NCBI GenBank assembly: GCA_963766075.1
Contig: CAVYAN010000058.1
Coordinates: 1 to 23,601 of the forward strand
Length of the DNA: 23,601 nucleotides
Source: an uncultured cyanobacterium
GTDB taxonomy: Bacteria; Cyanobacteriota; Cyanobacteriia; Leptolyngbyales; Leptolyngbyaceae
Direction of reading: 5' to 3'
Shown here: positions 18,816-23,601 of the stretch, piece by piece
Numbering within the stretch: position 1 is the first letter of the stretch
How the letters are laid out: the number at the start of each line of letters is the position of its first letter
The notes under the pieces: generated by a model
Told to the model about the DNA's origin: nothing
The model's input: only the letters and a program-made list of their open reading frames with translations
Database searches by the model: none
Position numbers and translations under genes: made by a program

Positions 18816-19444
18816 CCTGCTAAGAGATCCTCGTCTAGATCTATTGCCTTCCGTGAAGAACGCCTAGGTAGAGACAATTTAGCTACACTTTGTTTATTAA
18901 TCGCATCTTTAGCAAATTTACTAATACCATCCTTTATATTTGACTCCATTTCCTTAATGCGCCCTGAAAGAGTTGCTTGATCAATACCAGCATAATGCTC
19001 AGAAGTGAGTGGAACGCGTTCCTTAAATTCTGATTCATATACTTCATTCATATAACGCTGTAGCATCACAACTGAAATATTGCCAACATCTAGTTCTTGA
19101 CCATATCTCAAATCGCAAATAACACTCTTACCAGCACGAAGGGCAAGCTCTTTGAGATCTGGTCGTCCATCAGATTGCTGCACCAGCCTATCAAACTCCA
19201 TGCTCAAGGAAGTGTAGTCTTTTGCTCCAAGCTCATCGCTTGCAGTAATAAATTGAGCAACAATATCTGCCATCCCTTGACAAAGTCTGATAGGAAGATC
19301 GCCTTTTTGGATCAGGTCTTTTTTAAGGGACTCCAACACAGTCCGAGCACATTCATCGCTGGTGGCTTTTCCCTCGCAAAGCCATTTGTATGGCTTCTGG
19401 TAAAGCCTTCTGAGCCTGTTATGAACAATATCTCCATCGGGCAT
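18812..19444 (-). CDS. Hypothetical protein, probably helical; occupies the qatB-like position directly upstream of the QueC-like gene
   Basis: 210-aa ORF with GGAGGT RBS 6 nt before the ATG, adjacent promoter, and stop overlapping or abutting the QueC-like start. Confidence 0.82.
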   Translation of the reverse strand: MPDGDIVHNRLRRLYQKPYKWLCEGKATSDECARTVLESLKKDLIQKGDLPIRLCQGMADIVAQFITASDELGAKDYTSLSMEFDRLVQQSDGRPDLKELALRAGKSVICDLRYGQELDVGNISVVMLQRYMNEVYESEFKERVPLTSEHYAGIDQATLSGRIKEMESNIKDGISKFAKDAINKQSVAKLSLPRRSSRKAIDLDEDLLAG

Positions 19445-19482
19445 AGCAGCACCTCCGTCGGTCGGAGTTTGTTTCTACTATT

Positions 19483-19544
19483 AAGGTAGCCCTTAGATCT
19501 GACATTGTCAATGTTTAACATTTATTTTTTGCGAGAAATGTCAA
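19483..19544 (-). promoter_or_regulatory. Sigma70 promoter of the island operon with overlapping palindromic operator-like sites
   Basis: TTGACA (19511-19506), 17 nt, TACCTT (19488-19483); a second TTGACA at 19544-19539. Palindromes TGACA-T-TGTCA, ACATTG-T-CAATGT and AATGTT-T-AACATT at 19500-19522. Confidence 0.7.
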
Positions 19545-19752
19545 CTCAGTGACGTTGATACAAACTTAGACTGCTTCTACTGAGGGTGTTGTAGGCTTGA
19601 GGATCGTTTTTCTAAGAATTTTGCATTCGTGCATGGTTTGAACAGGCTATAACAACGCCCATAACCACAATCTCCTAGAGGTGATTGGGTTATGGCAGAG
19701 GCTATCCGCAGCAGACGATAGGCACCGTTCTCTTAGGCTCCCAGCCTTCTAA

Positions 19753-19786
19753 GCTTGCTCCCTTCTACTTTACTCAGGGAGCAAGC
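19753..19786 (-). terminator. Stem-loop downstream of the restored CocE stop (possible terminator)
   Basis: Perfect 11-bp inverted repeat GCTTGCTCCCT/AGGGAGCAAGC with a 12-nt loop; weak U-tract. Confidence 0.4.
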
Positions 19787-19818
19787 CCGGTCGGTAGAAA
19801 TCCTGTATGGCAAGCCCC

Positions 19819-21469
19819 TTAGGGATCCTCTTGCAGTAGGGGCAAGACAATCTGAGAGGGGTATGCGGCACCGCTCTGGAGGCTAATGGTGATGACACGT
19901 TGATCGATCTGGCGACTCGTGGCGGGGAAAGTGCCATCTCCGGCATTGATGGGATAGGCGGGGAAGCAGGCGGCACTGATGCTGAGCCGGAGGGCGTCCC
20001 CCGCCGCAATTTGGACGCAGGTTGGTTGTAGGCTGATCTGTCTTGGTTAGGCTGATCTGGCTTGAGGGAGACGTGCCGGATTCAAACCGACCATAGCCCT
20101 GGGTGATGTTGATCACGCTACCGGTGGGTGTCACCCTGGACAGCACCGCACAGAGATCAAAGCTAGGCGCATCAATCCCTGGGGCCGTGGCGGAGCAGTA
20201 GAGGTCAGCCCGGACCTCCCCCGCAATGTGAAGGGTTTGGGGCAGGGGCTCGGTGGTGTAGGTGAGAATATCAGTGCGGCAGTCGAGGCTGGCGCGATCG
20301 CAGGGACCAGTGGGCACAGCGGCATGCCCTCCCAGCACGGGCACGGGCCGCCACGGATCATGAACCAGCCGATCCGTTGCCTCAGGAATTGGGGCTTGGG
20401 GGTGGAGGATGAGTTTGCCGTCTTCATCCCGCAGGGCCGCCAGTCCAGTGCTGGCCAAGTAGAACGGCGTTGGCGTGCTCGGGATCCAGGTGTCAACCTG
20501 ACGCCACTGATTGCGACCCATTTCAAACAGCTGAAGCGGTGCAGCGGCCAGCAAGCCCGTGTCTATGCCTTTGAGGAACTGGTCGAACCAGCGAATTTGC
20601 AGGCGATCGCAGGGCGTGGCGGCTTCTGGGCCAAAGTCGATTGTCCCCACTTTGCGGCCCCAGGGCAGGTGGGCCCACGGCCCAATGATCAGATGCTGGG
20701 GCTGGGTGCTGCGAGCGGCCATGGCTTGATACAAATGCAGGGTGCCGCGCAGAAAGCTGTCGTACCAACCGCCAATGTGCAGCATCGGTAAATCAACAGC
20801 GGCAAAGTGGTTCTTGGGAGAGCAGGCTTGCCAATAGGCGTCGGGGTGGGGGTGATTGAGCCAGTCGTGGTAGAAGGAATCGGAATCGAGAGTTTCGAGC
20901 AGGGGCGATCGCGCCGGGATCGCGGTGCCAAAGTCCAGCCTTTGAGCAGCATTGGCCAAGGCCAAATAAGCCGTTTCATCGCCGCGCCGCCGCAACGTTT
21001 CTGCCGAGAGTTGCAGGGCCCAACTGAGATTGGCTTGCAGACAAAAGGCTCCGCCTTCGTAGGCCCAGTCGGTATAGAGATCGTAGCCAATCATTGCGGG
21101 ACAAATCGTGATCAAGGCCGGTGGCTGGGCGATCGCCGCATACAACTGAGTCATGCCCTGATAGGAAAATCCATACATGCCCACGCGACCTGTGCTGCCG
21201 GGAAGCCCCGCCGCCCACTGCACAGTGTCATAGCCATCGGCAATTTCGGCCTCAAACAGGTGGAAATTGCCCGCCGAGGTGCCCCGCCCCCGGACATCTT
21301 GAATCACTACAATATAGCCCTGGGCGGCGTACCAAGCGGGATGGGCATACACCACCGTGGAGGCGATCGCCCGTCCATAGGGCTGCCGCATCAGCAATAC
21401 AGGATACTCGCCGCCGTCTGCCGGACGATACACATCTGCATCTAAGCGCACGCCATCCCGCGTCTGCAT
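19819..21469 (-). pseudogene. CocE/NonD family serine hydrolase, frameshifted near 20041
   Basis: TRDGVRLDAD, RQPYG, QDVRGRG, nucleophile GFSYQG, GGWYD and IGPWAH. After the shift the typical tail LQPTCVQIAAGDALRLSISAACFPAYPINAG... continues to TAA at 19821-19819. Confidence 0.85.
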
Positions 21470-21530
21470 CGAGAGGGTTTCCTGGCTGACCCGTGCTGGG
21501 TTGGTCGATTGATTGCCCGCCTGATTGGCC

Positions 21531-21560
21531 GTGTTTGATTGACCTGTGTTTGATTGACCT
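21531..21560. repeat. 2 x 15-bp tandem repeat GTGTTTGATTGACCT
   Basis: Copies at 21531-21545 and 21546-21560, with degenerate GATTG copies at 21507-21530. Confidence 0.85.
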
Positions 21561-21601
21561 TCATCCTGCTGCCTTTATTTCATTCCGCCCGTCTGCTGCT
21601 G

Positions 21602-22063
21602 CTACGTTGAGGACCGCAGCGATCGCGGGGCACGGCGCAGTACCGCAAAATCTTCTTCATCCAGGTCCACCGGAATGCCACTGCGGATCAATTCGGCAAA
21701 ATCTTCATTCGGCACCATGAAACACAGGGCATACAGCCGTCCCGATCCCGTATTCCGGACTTCATGGATGCCGGTTGGCGGTACCAAGAGACTATCCCCA
21801 GCCTGAATTGGCACGGTTTTACCATCACAGGTGGCAGTCCCCTCGCCCTGGAGCACAAAGAACATCTCCACGGCCAATTGATGGCGATTGGGCGGTGTTT
21901 TTCCCCCCACATCAAAAATTTCGACACACATCGTCAAGGACATATTGGCACTTTGGGGATCAAACACAATCGCCAGCCGATTGGTGTCCCCTGGACTAAT
22001 CCGAAACGCTTGATAATCCGTAGGGGATTTGACAACCGAAATGACACAGCTTGAGGAGTTCAT
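21602..22063 (-). CDS. Cupin domain protein
   Basis: GGKTPPNRHQLAVEMFFVLQGEG and GDSLLVPPTGIHEVRNTG cupin motifs. Confidence 0.9.
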   Translation of the reverse strand: MNSSSCVISVVKSPTDYQAFRISPGDTNRLAIVFDPQSANMSLTMCVEIFDVGGKTPPNRHQLAVEMFFVLQGEGTATCDGKTVPIQAGDSLLVPPTGIHEVRNTGSGRLYALCFMVPNEDFAELIRSGIPVDLDEEDFAVLRRAPRSLRSST

Positions 22064-22109
22064 TATGGTTATGGGGGAACGTGTTCACGGTGAAAAGTCT
22101 GTCCAATGA

Positions 22110-22898
22110 CTACCCTATTTCAGAGACCGCCCTCAAAAATCGGCTAGAGTCCGTTACAAATCCGAAACATTGCTTAACGTTATACAGGGTCGCTTGCCAA
22201 CAAAAGTCGGGTGAGGTGGTTGCCGTGCAGTCTTCCAGCAAAATGCAGTCGTAACCGAGAAAGTTGGCATCCTGTAAGGTACAGAGAACACATTGATCGG
22301 CATTCACGCCAGCAAACAGCAGCGTGGTTTTGCCCAGATTTTTCAAAATACTATCCAAAGGCGTGTCCCAAAATCCGCTCATCCGGTACTTATCCACCCG
22401 GATATCGTGGGGGTGAGGCGCTAATTCATCGACGACGGCAGCCGCCCAACTGCCTGCTTCCAAGACGGGAGCACCATTGCGGGGCAGGGGATCGCCCAGC
22501 CCGATGCCGTCGCCGCTGGGGTTGTAGACATGCAGCGCGGCGGGACTAATGTTCAGCAGATCGGGGCGATTGCCCCAGTTGACCCACAGAATCGGCACAT
22601 CCCGCTGGCGGAGCGGGGGAATCAAGGCTTGCAGCGGGGCAATGGGCGATCGCGCGGGCGTCACATCAACACCAATATGGGCCAACCAACCATCGGGATG
22701 GCAAAAGTCGTTTTGCATATCGATGATTAACAGCGCCGTCTTAGCCAAATCCAACCGCAGCGTTTTGGTGGCGGTGAATAGGGTGATCCCCCGCGTCGGC
22801 AGCGAGGGCCGAGTCAGGTCGGCGGTGGTCGCATCAACCAACCAGGCGTTGGGGGGAACGCCTAAAGTATGGACGGGCACGGGAAAAGAGTCAGACAT
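22110..22898 (-). CDS. Cysteine hydrolase / isochorismatase family amidohydrolase (RutB/BiuH-like)
   Basis: Catalytic D-K-C triad in IIDMQNDF, DKYRMSGF and GVNADQCV. Confidence 0.92.
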   Translation of the reverse strand: MSDSFPVPVHTLGVPPNAWLVDATTADLTRPSLPTRGITLFTATKTLRLDLAKTALLIIDMQNDFCHPDGWLAHIGVDVTPARSPIAPLQALIPPLRQRDVPILWVNWGNRPDLLNISPAALHVYNPSGDGIGLGDPLPRNGAPVLEAGSWAAAVVDELAPHPHDIRVDKYRMSGFWDTPLDSILKNLGKTTLLFAGVNADQCVLCTLQDANFLGYDCILLEDCTATTSPDFCWQATLYNVKQCFGFVTDSSRFLRAVSEIG

Positions 22899-22930
22899 GG
22901 GGAAGAGGGCAAGAGAGCAAGGAAAAAATC

Positions 22931-23002
22931 GGGCAATCTTTCTTGAAAATTGGGCAATCTTTCTGATTGAGCAATCTCAAAGCTTATTGAGCAATCTCAA
23001 AG
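22931..23002. repeat. Degenerate 20-21-bp tandem repeats derived from the GH19 gene 3' end
   Basis: GGGCAATCTTTCT at 22931 and 22952; ATTGAGCAATCTCAAAG at 22966 and 22986. All four share GCAATCT. Confidence 0.8.
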
Positions 23003-23601
23003 GCTTGCTTGGCCGCACGGAGCAATTGTTGGCGATCGTCAAAACCGTTGAGGCCGCCGTTGATCACCCGAGTGATGGTTTCTACATCATCGCGATCGGC
23101 GTCGGGGTTCAGTTTGCGGGTGTTCCAGAACCATCCAGCACTTCGACAGGCCAAATCGGGATCAGCAAGGCGCGTGGGATGGGCAACTGAGGTCAACCCC
23201 AAGGCCACGACCGCACAGATCGTAGTTTTCACGGCCTGTAATTTGAATCAGGCCACGGCCTTTGTAGCGCACCCCATCTCCGGGATTGACGTTGCCGAGG
23301 TCCTGCCGCAATTCATAATCTTCGCCAGAAGCGTATTCTTCCAGAGCATAAAAGCGATCGGACTCGTGGGCCAACTGGGCCAGAAAATGGACTTGGCGCA
23401 GGGGCTTGGTGATTTTGTAGTTCACCATGGTCCGGTTCAAGTGGGGGACAAGGGAGGCCGCGCGATCGCCGCTGGCTTCCGGGGCAATGGCCAGCAGCAT
23501 TTCCGTTGTCAGCCAAACCATACTGCTTTGAGGAAACAAACTCGCATAGGGCTGTTTGTCGTCGGGGCGGGGCGGCTGTCCGCTTAGCGATCGCACCAAG
23601 C
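22984..23601 (-). pseudogene. Glycoside hydrolase family 19 (endolysin/chitinase-like), 5' end outside the window, +1 frameshift at ~23188
   Basis: FLAQLAHES, LEEYASG and YKGRGLIQITGRENY in one frame; SAGWFW and ITRVINGGLNG in the other. Removing base 23188 joins GVDL-VAHPTRLADP. Confidence 0.85.

Larger units (their letters stand above)
15527..19656. other. AT-rich horizontally acquired island carrying a four-gene operon
   Basis: Abrupt shift to A/T-ending codons. Only one HIP1 site seen (16908) between ~14480 and ~20290, versus frequent sites on both flanks. No integrase or transposase. Boundaries approximate. Confidence 0.75.
1..23601. repeat. HIP1 octamer GCGATCGC dispersed throughout (cyanobacterial signature)
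   Basis: More than 30 occurrences seen by eye (e.g. 3021, 8107, 12220, 21619), strongly depleted at 14480-20290. Confidence 0.95.

Noticed and set aside
15592..19444. Canonical QatABCD or type IV CBASS
   Set aside because: No P-loop ATPase, TatD, CD-NTase or TGT gene in the island.
19659..19695. Complete attC site
   Set aside because: Only ~37 bp between the AAC and GTT boxes, shorter than known attC sites, and no integrase in the window.
20228..23587. Long plus-strand ORFs (187, 212, 213 and 192 aa) and other antisense ORFs in the track
   Set aside because: Shadow frames of well-supported GC-rich genes on the opposite strand.

Overview
Cyanobacterial chromosomal window. HIP1 octamers (GCGATCGC) are dense and core genes are GC-rich, which suggests a non-heterocystous filamentous lineage (inference). 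The backbone carries rre1/ycf29, comF, a PEP-utilising enzyme, DUF3531, a TPR protein, an ABC ATPase, lgt, an SLH lipoprotein, a CBS protein, nblB, a GH15/phosphorylase-kinase-like protein, a VOC protein, a cysteine hydrolase-cupin-CocE cluster and a GH19 lysozyme/chitinase. Two features stand out. (1) An AT-rich, HIP1-poor ~4.1 kb island (about 15530-19650) holds a four-gene minus-strand operon: a 210-aa unknown protein, a QatC/Cap9-type QueC-like enzyme, an XRE-HTH/ImmA-IrrE fusion whose HEXXH reads HGYLH, and a PIN-domain protein. It has its own sigma70 promoter with palindromic operator-like sites and is a candidate undescribed QueC-based defence or toxin system. (2) Between lgt and the SLH gene lie three ~50-nt minus-strand sRNA-like units. 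Each has an invariant 18-nt core, an intrinsic terminator with compensatory changes and a TCCGGA (DIF1) box exactly 28 bp upstream, resembling heterocyst-associated NsiR1 in an unexpected context. Three backbone genes are each broken by a +1 frameshift (possible assembly errors), and short tandem duplications recur over stop codons.
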